The notes under the pieces are model-generated. The model was given only the letters and a program-made list of their open reading frames with translations, was not told the origin of the DNA and did not search any database. DNA of 64,000 bases, from contig NZVB01000036.1 of the NCBI GenBank assembly GCA_002701375.1, forward strand, positions 87,705-151,704. The letters run 5' to 3'. The translations under genes and the position numbers were made by a program. Shown here piece after piece: positions 19,401-31,556 of this stretch (positions are counted from its first letter, which is position 1; every line of letters starts with the position of its first letter). The stretch comes from Cyanobium sp. NAT70. GTDB taxonomy: Bacteria; Cyanobacteriota; Cyanobacteriia; PCC-6307; Cyanobiaceae.

Positions 19401-20046
19401 GCTGGACGCCCTTCAACACGACCTTCAAGCGATTCAAAAACGCATGGAAGCCTTAGAGCCGGTCAACATGCTGGCGTTGGAGGAACTCGAAGCCCTTGAG
19501 CAACGCTTGCAAGAGCTCAACGACAGGCTGGAGGTGTTGAACAACGAGCGGGAGGAGCTCTTATTGCGGATTGAGACGGTTGCCACCCTGCGCCAAGAGG
19601 CATTCATGGAAGCGTTCACCGCCGTCGATGGTCACTTCCGAGAGATTTTTGCCTCGTTATCCGATGGCGATGGTCACCTGCAGCTGGAAAACAAAGAGGA
19701 TCCCCTGGAAGGCGGTCTCACCTTGGTCGCTCACCCCAAAGGAAAAGCAGTACGACGTCTAGCGGCGATGTCTGGAGGGGAAAAGTCCCTGACAGCTCTG
19801 AGTTTCCTCTTCGCCCTGCAACGGTTCCGGCCTTCTCCCTTCTACGCCTTAGATGAAGTGGATAGTTTTTTAGACGGCGTCAATGTGGAGCGTCTTGCAG
19901 CCCTCATCGCCCGTCAGGCCAAGGCGGCTCAATTTCTTGTGGTCAGTCATCGACGGCCGATGATTGCTGCATCGGAACGCACGATCGGCGTCACCCAGGC
20001 CCGCGGTGCTCATACACAAGTGATTGGACTTCCCGATGCCGCCTGA
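16426..20046 (+). CDS. smc: Chromosome segregation protein SMC
   Basis: GPNGSGKS Walker A, coiled coils, hinge GRLTFLPL, MSGGEK and LDEVD. Confidence 0.98.
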   Translation: MVYINQVGLTHFKSFGGAMTIPLEEGFTVVTGPNGSGKSNILDGVLFCLGLATSRGMRADRLPDLINSGVLKAGKAAETIVSVRFDLSDWAPDAAEEGLDAPEEGPWIRNDQSEWTVTRKLRVMPGGSYSSSYSADGIPCNLQQLQTQLRRLRIDPEGSNVVMQGDVTRIVSMSNRDRRGLIDELAGVALFDTRIEQTRRKLDDVQDRQERCRIIEQELLSSRQRLEKDCAKARQYQELRGRLHLGRQQEMVLAFEAAGQALKDLSTRRDALEAQEQRDGVAISNADEVLTKATAELQTLQDQVKALGEDQLLAVQAELAGLEVSGRELERQAGQHQEEGQRLQGLRHELSSRRQDWQHQSQALEKDPNESALANAETTCRSAESAVEVSRRRLSDVAGRSGAWLQEQKRRSERRQELQATVSPLQQEQQQLQERLRQDAERLDELGREQQQDGSEEQAVQQRLQTLDEEWQTLLQNLTTGKQTLQKTVDSLSVQQRTRSRLEQEQTRLEREIARLESRRDALQESRGTGALRLLLEAGLDGIHGPVAQLGEVEERHRLALEVAAGARLGQVVVDDDRIAARAIDLLKSRRAGRLTFLPLNKIRAPGGSGSSASAGAAMARASRPGDEEGQGLIGRAVELVHFEPVYGDVFAYVFGDTLVFRDLSTARQRLGRTRAVTLDGELLEKSGAMTGGSFSSRNHGLSFGRSSDSDEAEPLRRRLLELGETMVACRRQEATLSQSVEQQRPALRDLEQRQAALIAERNAARRNHGPLLERHQQRSDRLSKLQRDQHDQQQRLDTIARTLEPLCHELDQLNEAERSSSGNDDASAWQQLQQDLERADATLEQARQQRDALLNARRERQLALERLGDQKQALEAEEGRLKEAVQTLATAHGAWRQQQQDLQQTRERLTQQQHELQESFGEQRRARDAAEAEVSRQRQALQQARWNLERLQDERKALLEEQRSGGIRLKEMEQALPDPRPEIPDEVRLAGLDALQHDLQAIQKRMEALEPVNMLALEELEALEQRLQELNDRLEVLNNEREELLLRIETVATLRQEAFMEAFTAVDGHFREIFASLSDGDGHLQLENKEDPLEGGLTLVAHPKGKAVRRLAAMSGGEKSLTALSFLFALQRFRPSPFYALDEVDSFLDGVNVERLAALIARQAKAAQFLVVSHRRPMIAASERTIGVTQARGAHTQVIGLPDAA

Positions 20047-20107
20047 TCTGGCATCTGAGAAGGCTTGCGCCAAAATGCTTTAACACTGCCTGGCCCAAGG
20101 CCCGCGT

Positions 20108-21070
20108 TTGACCCAGCCCCCTTCCGCGAACGACCCCATGGCCACCGTGCCGAGCGATCGTCTCTGGCTGCGCTCCGAACTGATGGGGACTCAGGTCATC
20201 ACCCGAGACACCGGCAGGCGTCTCGGCGTTGTTGGAGAAGTGATTGTGGACATCGATCGGCGTGAAGTCGTCGCGGTCGGTCTGCGAGACAACCCATTAA
20301 CGCGCTTTTTGCCGGGCTTGCCCCGTTGGATGCCGCTAGACCGCATCCGTCAGGTCGGTGACGTGATTTTGGTGGACTCCGCCGATTCGTTGAGCGAGTC
20401 CTTTAACCCCGAGCGGTATAGCAGGGTGATCAATTGCCAAGTGATCACAGAATCTGGTCGTCAACTCGGCCGAGTGCTTGGTTTTGCCTTCGATATCGAG
20501 ACCGGAGAACTCACCACCCTGGTGATGGGTGCTCTCGGTGTTCCTCTCCTGGGCGAAGGAGTTCTCAGTACCTGGGAAATGCCGGTGGAGGAGATCGTCA
20601 GCAGCGGTCCAGACCGAATCATTGTCTACGAAGGTGCTGAGGAGAAGCTGAAGCAGTTGAGTAGCGGCGTCTTAGAGAAACTCGGGGTTGGCGGGACCAG
20701 CTGGGAAGAACAGGAGCGTGAGCGTTATCGCGTCAATCTGGTTCCGGTCGAAAACCAACTCGCATCCGGACAACCGGTGGAACAAGAACAGCGGCGCTTG
20801 CAAGCGGCCGAGAGCCAGCGCTTTGAACCAGAAGAAGAAATGGAATATGTGGAACTCGAAGATCAGCGGCGAGAGACCGTGCAGCAACGTCGTTATTTGG
20901 ATGATCAGGATGATCTCTATAACGACATGCCTCAGCCCACCAGACGACCGGTGCCCGCATCGAGAAGGCCTGTGCAACAGCCTGGTGAGCCACTCGATGT
21001 GGAGCCAATGCAGGAACAACCGAGCCGAATCGATCAACCCAGCGACGACAGCCTCGACGATCCCTGGTGA
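20108..21070 (+). CDS. PRC-barrel domain protein
   Basis: Two PRC repeats (ELMGTQVITRDTGRRLG; INCQVITESGRQLG) and an acidic tail ending DDPW. Confidence 0.88.
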   Translation: MTQPPSANDPMATVPSDRLWLRSELMGTQVITRDTGRRLGVVGEVIVDIDRREVVAVGLRDNPLTRFLPGLPRWMPLDRIRQVGDVILVDSADSLSESFNPERYSRVINCQVITESGRQLGRVLGFAFDIETGELTTLVMGALGVPLLGEGVLSTWEMPVEEIVSSGPDRIIVYEGAEEKLKQLSSGVLEKLGVGGTSWEEQERERYRVNLVPVENQLASGQPVEQEQRRLQAAESQRFEPEEEMEYVELEDQRRETVQQRRYLDDQDDLYNDMPQPTRRPVPASRRPVQQPGEPLDVEPMQEQPSRIDQPSDDSLDDPW

Positions 21071-21108
21071 TGCGGTTCAATTTGAACATGCATCCCTAAG
21101 AATTCAGC

Positions 21109-21417
21109 GTGAGCACTGCGACGGTCCGCCGCCCCGAACAACGACAACTCACCGCTGTTCCTAACCAACGTCAGAGCAAAGACCTACAGCTTGACTTCAT
21201 TTTTAAGGGACTTGTCGTCGTTCTACTAGGTTTCATCGCTCATGGAGTTGCCAAACCATCCGCCTTGGATCGTTGCATCCGCAACCGATATCAACAAGTG
21301 CTTGAAAGTCATCAATTAACGGATCAACAGATCACTGAAGCAATCCGCACAAGTGAATTCAACAAGGCGACGAACTTCTGCAATGGGGGCAATGGACGGC
21401 TGAGCTGGAACAACTAA
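21109..21417 (+). CDS. Hypothetical single-TM protein
   Basis: 102-aa ORF filling the gap; one TM segment and two Cys. Confidence 0.55.
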   Translation: MSTATVRRPEQRQLTAVPNQRQSKDLQLDFIFKGLVVVLLGFIAHGVAKPSALDRCIRNRYQQVLESHQLTDQQITEAIRTSEFNKATNFCNGGNGRLSWNN

Positions 21418-21420
21418 TCC

Positions 21421-21822
21421 TCAACTTTTCTCAAACCGCAAAGAAGCACTGTTCACGCAATAACGTTGACCAGTTGGTGCCGGACCATCCGAAAAAACAT
21501 GGCCAAGGTGAGCATCACAGCGGGCGCATTGAATCTCCGTGCGTGCCATGCCGTAGCTGAAATCTTGTTTCGTTTTAATCGCACCTGCTGTCACTCCATC
21601 CCAGAAACTGGGCCAACCTGTTCCTGAATCAAACTTGGTCTTCGAGTCAAACAACGGAGCATCACAGCAAATGCAGTGATACATCCCCGAGTCTTTGAGA
21701 TTCCAGTACTCACCAGTAAAAGCACGTTCTGTGCCACCACATCGAGCGACCTGAAATTGCTCTTCTGTCAGAGCCGTTTTCCACTCCTCAGCACTGCGAG
21801 CGATGCGATCGGAGCTGGTCAT
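21421..21822 (-). CDS. msrB: Peptide-methionine (R)-S-oxide reductase
   Basis: [28 protein letters not shown] and RYCVNS. Confidence 0.97.
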   Translation of the reverse strand: MTSSDRIARSAEEWKTALTEEQFQVARCGGTERAFTGEYWNLKDSGMYHCICCDAPLFDSKTKFDSGTGWPSFWDGVTAGAIKTKQDFSYGMARTEIQCARCDAHLGHVFSDGPAPTGQRYCVNSASLRFEKS

Positions 21823-21852
21823 GTCAAACAATCCATACACGAGAATGCAACA

Positions 21853-23124
21853 TTAGACAGATTTAATAACGCGAGGGAGTAGTGATGTCACCTCTTCCGC
21901 CAAGGCCGCAACAGCGCCAGATTGCCCGCGTAGCTGACGTAAATCCTGACGCTGACCTTCCAAACGATCGGGTTCAGAGAGCCAATCAGCCGCTTCTTCT
22001 GCAATCTCCTCTGGAGTGATCGCTCCCACTCGCTCAGGCACGACGGCGCGACCGGCATGAATGTTGGGCCAAGCCATCATGCCGTTATGACGCAAGCGCC
22101 AAAGCGTCAACAGCACTCCAATAATCCGACGCAATCCAGGCAGCCTGGCCAGCAAACCCAACCCACCATCCCAAGCCTGCATCACGTTCAGATGCTGAGT
22201 GGGCACGATCACAATCATCGCTACAGCCAAAGCACCCAACTCAGCCGTATTAGCGCCGACCGTTGTGAGAGCCAAATCGCATTGACTCAAAAAGGAATGG
22301 GCGGGATGCCTCTCTAGAAGTTCGATTCGTGTGCCCTGACTGGTCATGAGAAAGCCTGGCCCCAGCTCAGCAATCGATGCTGAGTAAGACGCGGCAATCG
22401 GATTGGCCGAACCAGCGAAAGCCACCAGTTCGGCGACGCTGGTCGTCGGTGCCACTGGTAACAGGAACCGACACGCGGGGCGTTGCTCCCGAAGACGATC
22501 TGCCGTCTCCAGCAAAAACGGCATGCCGACACTGAGCTTGGCGCGTTTCGACCCAGGCAAAAGCGCCACCCACTCACCGCTGGGGAGAGGCTCCTCACTG
22601 CGCGCAAACGAGGAGAGATCAGCCATGAGATCTCCGACAACCCTGCAGTTCTGCCTGTGACGCAAAGGCAATTGATCTCTCACGCTGTCGGACATCGCCG
22701 CAATGCGATCGTTCCAACCAGGCCAGCGGGCGACCCATTCCGCATAGGTCAGATGGCGATAACCGAGCCGTGCCGACAACAGCACAGTCCAAAACTGGTC
22801 ACCACCGAGAAAGACCACCAAACCGCGTTTGGGCCAAGGGCCAAACCGTTTTGGTCGCAGGAGCAGACTCCAAAATCGCCTGGACGGAATGATTCGATCA
22901 AACTGATTCCACTGGCGTGCAGCCTCGACCTCATGGCCGGTGCCATTGGGACAGGGCACCAACACCAGCTGGAGCGACATCACCGCAGTTGAGATGCGTG
23001 GCTTCAGAGACAAGCTGGAATGCAGCCGCTCCGCCAAAGGTCGAACCCAAGTGGTCAGTTCTCCGGGACCATTCGTGACCAAAACGATGGCCAGTCCTGA
23101 ATCGTTGCGCTCTGGACCGGACAA
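21853..23124 (-). CDS. Lipid-A-disaccharide synthase-related glycosyltransferase
   Basis: NGPGE, LLPGSKR, GANTAEL and PNI..GRAVVPE (LpxB-like GT-B fold). Confidence 0.8.
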   Translation of the reverse strand: MSGPERNDSGLAIVLVTNGPGELTTWVRPLAERLHSSLSLKPRISTAVMSLQLVLVPCPNGTGHEVEAARQWNQFDRIIPSRRFWSLLLRPKRFGPWPKRGLVVFLGGDQFWTVLLSARLGYRHLTYAEWVARWPGWNDRIAAMSDSVRDQLPLRHRQNCRVVGDLMADLSSFARSEEPLPSGEWVALLPGSKRAKLSVGMPFLLETADRLREQRPACRFLLPVAPTTSVAELVAFAGSANPIAASYSASIAELGPGFLMTSQGTRIELLERHPAHSFLSQCDLALTTVGANTAELGALAVAMIVIVPTQHLNVMQAWDGGLGLLARLPGLRRIIGVLLTLWRLRHNGMMAWPNIHAGRAVVPERVGAITPEEIAEEAADWLSEPDRLEGQRQDLRQLRGQSGAVAALAEEVTSLLPRVIKSV

Positions 23125-23135
23125 GATGAAGAAAA

Positions 23136-23217
23136 TGCGGATGGCGAGACTTGAACTCGCAAGGCCGAAGCCACACGCCCCTCAAACGTGCGTGTCTACC
23201 AATTCCACCACATCCGC
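23136..23217 (-). tRNA. trnL: tRNA-Leu(GAG)
   Basis: GCGGATGTGGTGGAATTGGTAGACACGCACGTTTGAGGGGCGTGTGGCTTCGGCCTTGCGAGTTCAAGTCTCGCCATCCGCA; long variable arm, CCA not encoded. Confidence 0.97.
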
Positions 23218-23334
23218 GTAATCGACTTAGCCGCTCGAGCCTTGTCGAGACAGGATCATACCGGCCAGGGGGACTTGGCCTGACTTGGTCGGTCTGCGCT
23301 GATACGATCCGCCCTCAGGCCTATCTGCTGCGGG

Positions 23335-24681
23335 ATGCCCATCGGCAAAGTGCTGATCGCCAACCGCGGCGAAATCGCACTCAGAATTCTGCGCAGCTGC
23401 CGTGAGCTCGGTATCGCCACGGTGGCTGTCTACAGCACAGTTGATCGAGATGCGCTGCATGTGCAGCTCGCCGATGAAGCAGTCTGTGTTGGTGAAGCCC
23501 TCAGCAGCAAGAGCTACCTTCACGTCCCCAATATTCTGGCTGCAGCCACGTCGAGGGGTGTGGATGCCATCCACCCCGGCTATGGCTTCCTTGCCGAAAA
23601 CGATCGCTTTGCCGAGATCTGTCGGGATCACGGACTGATCTTTATCGGGCCATCGCCCCATGCCATCCGATCGATGGGGGATAAGTCCACTGCCAAAGCC
23701 ACGATGCAAACCGTTGGAGTACCGACGGTTCCCGGTAGTGAAGGATTGCTCGCCAGTCCTGCCGAAGCAGCCAAATTGGCTGAAACCATGGGCTATCCGG
23801 TCATGATCAAAGCCACCGCCGGTGGTGGTGGTCGAGGCATGCGACTCGTGCCCTCACCAGATCAGCTGGACAACTTGTTCAAGGCCGCCCAGGGAGAAGC
23901 GGAAGCGGCCTTCGGCAACCCAGGTCTGTACATGGAGAAGTTCATCACCCGACCGCGCCACGTCGAGGTTCAGGTCTTAGCGGACCGCCACGGCAATGTT
24001 GTGCACCTAGGGGAGCGTGACTGCTCAATCCAGCGTCGTCACCAAAAACTGCTGGAAGAGGCACCAAGCCCTGCACTCGATCCTGAATTACGCCGCCGCA
24101 TGGGTGAAGCAGCTGTCGCTGCCGCCCGAAGCATCAACTACGAAGGTGCCGGCACGGTCGAATTTCTCTTGGATCGCGAGGGGGGCTTCTATTTCATGGA
24201 GATGAACACACGCATCCAGGTCGAGCATCCCGTCACCGAAATGGTGACCGGAATCGACCTGATTGCCGAGCAGCTGCGCATCGCCGGAGGAGAACCGATC
24301 AGCGTCTCCCAAGAGGAGATCAAACTCCACGGCCATGCGATCGAATGCCGGATCAATGCCGAAGACGCGTCGCATAACTTCCGCCCTGCTCCCGGCCGAA
24401 TTACAGGTTGGCTCCCGCCAGGTGGGCCTGGCGTCCGTGTCGACAGCCACGTCTATACCGGCTACGACATCCCACCTTTCTACGATTCATTAATTGGCAA
24501 GTTGATTGTCTGGGGTAGAGATCGAACCAGTGCGATGACACGCATGAAGAGAGCACTTAACGAATGCGCGGTGACAGGAATTCCAACAACCGTCGATTTC
24601 CACCTGGATCTACTTGAGCGGAAGGAATTCATTAACGGAGACGTTCACACCAAATTTGTCGAGCAAGACATGCTCGAGTGA
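23335..24681 (+). CDS. accC: Acetyl-CoA carboxylase biotin carboxylase subunit
   Basis: [29 protein letters not shown] and [10 protein letters not shown]. Confidence 0.98.
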   Translation: MPIGKVLIANRGEIALRILRSCRELGIATVAVYSTVDRDALHVQLADEAVCVGEALSSKSYLHVPNILAAATSRGVDAIHPGYGFLAENDRFAEICRDHGLIFIGPSPHAIRSMGDKSTAKATMQTVGVPTVPGSEGLLASPAEAAKLAETMGYPVMIKATAGGGGRGMRLVPSPDQLDNLFKAAQGEAEAAFGNPGLYMEKFITRPRHVEVQVLADRHGNVVHLGERDCSIQRRHQKLLEEAPSPALDPELRRRMGEAAVAAARSINYEGAGTVEFLLDREGGFYFMEMNTRIQVEHPVTEMVTGIDLIAEQLRIAGGEPISVSQEEIKLHGHAIECRINAEDASHNFRPAPGRITGWLPPGGPGVRVDSHVYTGYDIPPFYDSLIGKLIVWGRDRTSAMTRMKRALNECAVTGIPTTVDFHLDLLERKEFINGDVHTKFVEQDMLE

Positions 24682-24696
24682 ATTGCAGCCTCAACG

Positions 24697-25026
24697 TCAA
24701 GCCATCATCTGGGATCGCAACAGGATCTGAGACAGCACTCCCTGCTGGCCCACAAGCAGCTCTCGCACCAAGCTGACAAGACCCACCCAGATCACCGGCG
24801 TCACATCAACACCGCCGATCGGAGCCACGACGCGTCGTGTGACGGCCAAAAAAGATTCTGTTGGCCATGCGATCAAAGGCCAAAAGCCGCTGCCGAGATC
24901 CACGTGGGGATACCAGGTCAACACGATCCGAATCAAGAAAGCAACCGTCCAGAACGCCAGCAGCAGTCCCAAAACGAGATGGGAGATCGAGAGGGCCTGC
25001 AGCAGCAATGGCGTCACAAAGCTCAA
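24697..25026 (-). CDS. YggT/YlmG family membrane protein
   Basis: RIVLTWYP, WPTE.FL and PIGGVDVTP motifs. Confidence 0.9.
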   Translation of the reverse strand: MSFVTPLLLQALSISHLVLGLLLAFWTVAFLIRIVLTWYPHVDLGSGFWPLIAWPTESFLAVTRRVVAPIGGVDVTPVIWVGLVSLVRELLVGQQGVLSQILLRSQMMA

Positions 25027-25105
25027 AACATTGGCGAATCCATCGTAGAAAGCGGAGCTTGATCCTTAGGATCACGTCGGTTCCGACGCAGATCACAGCA
25101 GCGCC

Positions 25106-25228
25106 ATGACCTCCTCCCTGTCCAACTTCCTGAGCAGCCTCTTATGGGGAGGTGTAATTGTTGTTATCCCAGTAACAATCGCGCTGATCCTCGTCAGTCA
25201 GACCGACCGAGTTGATCGCAAGCTCTGA
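25106..25228 (+). CDS. psbX: Photosystem II protein X (not in the ORF track)
   Basis: [40 protein letters not shown]. Confidence 0.93.
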   Translation: MTSSLSNFLSSLLWGGVIVVIPVTIALILVSQTDRVDRKL

Positions 25229-25278
25229 AGCAGCACTGGCAATCCTCGTAAACTAAAACGACGCGGCGAGGATGATTC

Positions 25279-26334
25279 TTGGTTAACGCCAGTCTGAACT
25301 GGGCCAGTATCGTTGGGATTGTGCTGGCCGTTGGTGGGGCAATGCTCTACTTCATGCGGTCGTTCAAGCCTGCCCTGGCTCGCGATTACGACGTCTTTTT
25401 TGCGGCCATCGGCCTCCTCTGTGGCGGGATTCTGTTCTTCCAAGGTTGGCGCCTCGATCCCATCCTTCAATTCGGACAGTTCCTGCTGGCAGGGACAACT
25501 GTGTTCTTCGCTTACGAAAGCGTTCGTCTACGCGGTGTTGCCACCGAGCAAGCGCGCCGATCTGCGTACTTTGACGATGAACCGGCTCCTGCACGAGGTG
25601 GACCCAATGGCGATCTGAGGGGGGGGTGGGATGATCCCTACGACCGCTTCGATGAACCGCAACCGGTTCGGCGAAGGTTTTCAGCCCGGGATGACGATCC
25701 TGAAGACCAACCGCAAGAAGACTTTTACAGGCCGCGTCGCAACAATCGAGCGGCCATCCCTGAGCAGGCCGCCAGCCGCCGCCGTCCTCCTGTTGAGAGC
25801 GAATCAGGCAACTGGGATCAACAGGATGAACGCTCACGCCGAATGGCCCGATTCCGTGCAGGAGAGGACAACAGCGAACGACTGGCTGACTTTGGCGACC
25901 GTCGAAATCAACGCCAAGATTTGCGCCGTGGCAGCCGGCCAATCGGTCGTACAGGCTCGGAGTCCGAGCCTAAAATCCCTGCCAAGGGATCACCAGTGCG
26001 ACCGAGCGCTGAAGAGGCCGCATTTACTCCTCGCCAGTCGGCTCGAAGTCAGTCTCCGAATCGTGAGGGAGCCCAAAGCAAAAGTTCCTTCATCACGCCG
26101 CAGGGGAACCAGGGCGAGTCCGGCCCAAACCGTCGTCCCATGCCCAGAAATCGACAGGACGCGAACAGTCGATCTGATGCGAATAGCCAAGCTGCCTCAA
26201 ACAGCCAAGCTGCCTCAAACAGCCAACCAGCCTCAAACAGCCAAGCTTCATCAAACAGTCGATCGGCCTCAAACAGCCGACAAACACCACGCAGTTCCCG
26301 TCCCCGCGACAACAGCTCCCGTTTCGACGACTGA
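25279..26334 (+). CDS. ycf66: Ycf66 family protein with long disordered tail
   Basis: LARDYDVFFAAIGLLCGGILFFQGWRLDPILQFGQ. Confidence 0.92.
   Translation: MVNASLNWASIVGIVLAVGGAMLYFMRSFKPALARDYDVFFAAIGLLCGGILFFQGWRLDPILQFGQFLLAGTTVFFAYESVRLRGVATEQARRSAYFDDEPAPARGGPNGDLRGGWDDPYDRFDEPQPVRRRFSARDDDPEDQPQEDFYRPRRNNRAAIPEQAASRRRPPVESESGNWDQQDERSRRMARFRAGEDNSERLADFGDRRNQRQDLRRGSRPIGRTGSESEPKIPAKGSPVRPSAEEAAFTPRQSARSQSPNREGAQSKSSFITPQGNQGESGPNRRPMPRNRQDANSRSDANSQAASNSQAASNSQPASNSQASSNSRSASNSRQTPRSSRPRDNSSRFDD
26164..26280 (+). repeat. 18-bp in-frame tandem repeat (6.5 units, NSQAAS-like)
   Basis: Variants of aacagccaagctgcctca starting at 26164, 26182, 26200, 26218, 26236, 26254 and 26272 (partial). 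Confidence 0.92.
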
Positions 26335-26376
26335 ATTGATCCGCTGAACAGAATTACTAGACCACTGCTACTGCTC

Positions 26377-26883
26377 TTGGTCAGCCTGGCCATCACGGCC
26401 TGTAGTGCACGATCTGAACGCAGTGCAGGCTCGTCCCCCGGACGCAGCCAACAGGAGCCAGCACTGAGTGGAGATGGCCGTTTGCTTGCGGTGATTACTG
26501 AGAAGTTAGGACGACCAACGGTTCAACTCCGAGACTTGGCTAGCGGCCGACTGCTTCCCTTGCCGCAATTAAATCGGCATCAACCCCATAGTTCACCATC
26601 CCTGAGCTGGAACGGCCGCTTCCTCGCTCTGATCACGCAACGAGGACAACGACGTTTTGCCGTGATCAACGACCGTCTGACCGGTCGCCTGCATCATCTG
26701 CCTCTCCCTGGTCATCGCGTACCAATTCGTTTGAGTCTGGCCCCTGACGGACGGCAACTGGCTCTGCAAGTGGCCGACCGAGGCCAATGGCGCATCGAAC
26801 TGTTTGATCTCAGCCGGGTCCTGGAACCAGACCGCGCCGCCGCGGACCGTCAAACCACATCAAGGACTGAGTCAGCGCCATGA
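26377..26883 (+). CDS. TolB-like (PD40 repeat) lipoprotein
   Basis: Lipobox ITAC; PALSGDGR, PSLSWNGR and LAPDGR repeats; true start may lie slightly upstream. Confidence 0.8.
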   Translation: MVSLAITACSARSERSAGSSPGRSQQEPALSGDGRLLAVITEKLGRPTVQLRDLASGRLLPLPQLNRHQPHSSPSLSWNGRFLALITQRGQRRFAVINDRLTGRLHHLPLPGHRVPIRLSLAPDGRQLALQVADRGQWRIELFDLSRVLEPDRAAADRQTTSRTESAP

Positions 26884-27353
26884 AAACAGCCGCCATTGCG
26901 CTGAGTGTGCTGTTGATCGGTTGTCGTGGTCCCCAGCCCAGACCCATGCCAGATCTCAATGGCCTTCTGCGCCAGGCAAGCAACAGTCATCGCGATCCCT
27001 CTTTAGGAGAGCGCTGGTTGGCGAGCCTGAGTCGCAAAGCCGGACGCGAAACAGTCGAGCTCATCGATTTGCGCAACCGCAGACCCGTCTCATTACCTGG
27101 CTTAAACCGCGCTGATGCCCAACCGATTGATGTCAGTGTCAGTGCTGATGGCCAACGTCTCGCCGTTATCGAGCAGCGGGATGGACGCACTGAGTTGTTG
27201 CTCTATCGACGCAGCGTCGGAACAGTGCAGCGCCTGCTCTTAGATCCTCCAGGGGTGCCAAGGGCCGTGAGCCTGGATGGATCAGGCCGATTATTGGCGG
27301 TTCAGGTGAGTCGGGATGGACGTTGGCAAGTGGATCTGATCCGCTTGCCCTAA
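26880..27353 (+). CDS. TolB-like lipoprotein (paralog)
   Basis: Lipobox LIGC; SVSADGQR and SLDGSGR; ATGA overlap with the upstream gene. Confidence 0.8.
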   Translation: MKTAAIALSVLLIGCRGPQPRPMPDLNGLLRQASNSHRDPSLGERWLASLSRKAGRETVELIDLRNRRPVSLPGLNRADAQPIDVSVSADGQRLAVIEQRDGRTELLLYRRSVGTVQRLLLDPPGVPRAVSLDGSGRLLAVQVSRDGRWQVDLIRLP

Positions 27354-27587
27354 TTAAGGAACCAATCCAGCCCAATGCAGAAAACTATCGCCACTCAGTC
27401 CCTCGATCAGGATCACCGCAGCGAAGCCGAGCATGGCAAAGCGACCATTAACACGTTCGGCGTAACCACTCCAGCCGAAGGACGGAACATCTGTGGTCGT
27501 GGCTGAGGTTGAGGCGTGTGTGTTCGAAGGGGACGACTCGCTCTTGGAGTCAGAAGAGCTTGTTCCTGGGGGGCTACTGCTCGACAT
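27354..27587 (-). CDS. hli: High-light-inducible protein
   Basis: FGWSGYAERVNGRFAMLGF chlorophyll-binding motif. Confidence 0.93.
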   Translation of the reverse strand: MSSSSPPGTSSSDSKSESSPSNTHASTSATTTDVPSFGWSGYAERVNGRFAMLGFAAVILIEGLSGDSFLHWAGLVP

Positions 27588-27595
27588 GGCACCAG

Positions 27596-29584
27596 TTAGG
27601 AATGCCCAAAGTCATAGCTGGTGGAAGGGATCAGCCGCCATTCACCGTTTCCACTCAGCTCGAGCACTGTGTCGTGAAACGACTTGAGGGTGGGGCGATG
27701 GCCCACGCTGATCAAAGCCAAATCTCTTTGAAGCAGAAGCTGATAGAGATGCTCTTCCGTATCCACATCCAGCGCACTTGTCGCTTCATCAAGCACAACG
27801 AAGCGAGGGGCATTGAGCAACAGCCTCCCAAATGCCAAACGTTGTTGTTCACCTAGCGAAAGAATTCGAGGCCAATCCTGCTTGACATCCAAATCCGGAT
27901 ACCGCATAGATAAGGTCGTGAGATGAACTTCTTCCAACACATGACGAAGCTGATCATCACTAAAACGATCTTCTTCCGTCGGATAACACAATTGCTCCCT
28001 TAACGATCCCAAAATCATGTAGGGCTTCTGGGGAATAAACAGCAGATCTCCGGTGTCAGGGCGCTCAACGCTGCCGCAGCTGGGAGCCCAAAGACCACTG
28101 ATCATGCGTAAAAATGATGTCTTTCCGCATCCTGACGGACCTACCACGAGCAACCGATCCGTCGCCTTCACACTCAAGCTGAGATCACGAAGAATTGGCG
28201 TGGAACTGCCTGGAGGGGTGAGGTCAGCTTGATGGACCACAATCGAATGCTGGCCAAGACGAATAGCCTGATCATCAGGCTCGATTTGACTCACTTGCTC
28301 AACCTTCGCTTGGAAGCCTTCCAAGCGAGTAATACCAGCCGTAAATTTAGCGAGCTCGTCAATACGATTGACAACAAAAAACAACGAACTCTCAACCATA
28401 TTAAAAGCAAAGTTAGCCTGAATAAAGCGCCCGTAATCAATCTCTCCCGAGAAATAAGGGCCAGCCATAATCACATAAGGAAAGAAAACACCGGCATATG
28501 TAGACGATCTCTGCATTGCGCCAATAATCACCTTCCACACAATTAAAAGGTTGAAATTATCAACAACCGAACTCAAGCGACGTTCTGTTTCTTGCTGCTC
28601 AGGTTCTTCGCCCGAATAGAAGGCAATCGATTCCGCATTATTCCTGATATGCACCAATCCATACCTAAAGTCAGCCTCATAACGAAGCTGATCAAAGTTA
28701 ATTTTAACAAGCCTGCGTCCAGCAAACACGAGAACCGTGGTTGACAACACGGCGTAAGCAAACAAAGCCCAGGTCAACTTCTGACTAATCGACCACAAAA
28801 TCAGGATGTTCAAAGAAAATGTCAGAAAGGCATCGAACACTCCAAGAGTGAATTGCAGACTCTCTTCAGTGAATGCCTTCGTGTCGTCCGTAATCCTCTG
28901 ATCAGGATTATCAACATCCGTCGCCTGTTCATCGTTTGGATTCAGAACATAGTAGGCACGGTTATTCAAATAATCACCAATGAGCCCCCGAGAAAGCCAA
29001 TTGCGCCACATGATACCTAGCTTCAAAGTAAAAAATATTTGAAGCGTTCTGATTGGCAGCGCCAGAACAAAACAGCAGGCATAGATAATTAAAATGCGAT
29101 AGAAGCCTGCTTGCTCTTTGGCAACCAAAGCATTAGTGAGATCGCGAGCAATAAAACCGATTCCAGCATTAATACCATTGACGGCAAGCAACATCAGTAC
29201 GATCACGCCCAACAGCACCCAGTGCAGCCAACGTCTGCCGCGCAGCTGTTGGCGCATGGCGAAAAACGCTGACGCACCCAGCAAAAACAGAGCAGTAAAA
29301 GCTGCCCCCCACCAAGTACTCCAAATCCCGTTGATCGTGGATGCAACTCCGCCGAAATACTTTTCAGTGAGGTCAGGAACAAGCTGTTGCAAGATGCTGA
29401 TCAAGCCACTTAGGGCAATCAGCACAAGGCCACCCACACAGAACAGCAGCGCGATCAACAAGCCAATGAACTGCCACCCTTGCGCCTGTTCCAGCGGTAG
29501 AAAAAAGGGCTGCGCGAGGTGCCTAAGTTTTTCCAGCTGCCCACGAAGCCCTGTGCGCTGAAAAGATTTGGTGCTTGTCATCAC
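27596..29584 (-). CDS. ABC transporter fused permease/ATPase (ABCD/YddA-like)
   Basis: DNPDQRI, EADFRYGL, GPSGCGKT, LSLGEQQR and LDEATSALD. Confidence 0.92.
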   Translation of the reverse strand: MMTSTKSFQRTGLRGQLEKLRHLAQPFFLPLEQAQGWQFIGLLIALLFCVGGLVLIALSGLISILQQLVPDLTEKYFGGVASTINGIWSTWWGAAFTALFLLGASAFFAMRQQLRGRRWLHWVLLGVIVLMLLAVNGINAGIGFIARDLTNALVAKEQAGFYRILIIYACCFVLALPIRTLQIFFTLKLGIMWRNWLSRGLIGDYLNNRAYYVLNPNDEQATDVDNPDQRITDDTKAFTEESLQFTLGVFDAFLTFSLNILILWSISQKLTWALFAYAVLSTTVLVFAGRRLVKINFDQLRYEADFRYGLVHIRNNAESIAFYSGEEPEQQETERRLSSVVDNFNLLIVWKVIIGAMQRSSTYAGVFFPYVIMAGPYFSGEIDYGRFIQANFAFNMVESSLFFVVNRIDELAKFTAGITRLEGFQAKVEQVSQIEPDDQAIRLGQHSIVVHQADLTPPGSSTPILRDLSLSVKATDRLLVVGPSGCGKTSFLRMISGLWAPSCGSVERPDTGDLLFIPQKPYMILGSLREQLCYPTEEDRFSDDQLRHVLEEVHLTTLSMRYPDLDVKQDWPRILSLGEQQRLAFGRLLLNAPRFVVLDEATSALDVDTEEHLYQLLLQRDLALISVGHRPTLKSFHDTVLELSGNGEWRLIPSTSYDFGHS

Positions 29585-29605
29585 CGCATTCTGATCAAGA
29601 CATCG

Positions 29606-31556
<1,951 letters not shown>

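Noticed and set aside
16440-19762. Numerous antisense and alternate-frame ORFs inside smc (and other core genes)
   Set aside because: Shadow ORFs expected in GC-rich coding DNA
23136-23217. tRNA-Leu as an integration site
   Set aside because: Flanked directly by core genes, with no duplicated 3' fragment seen
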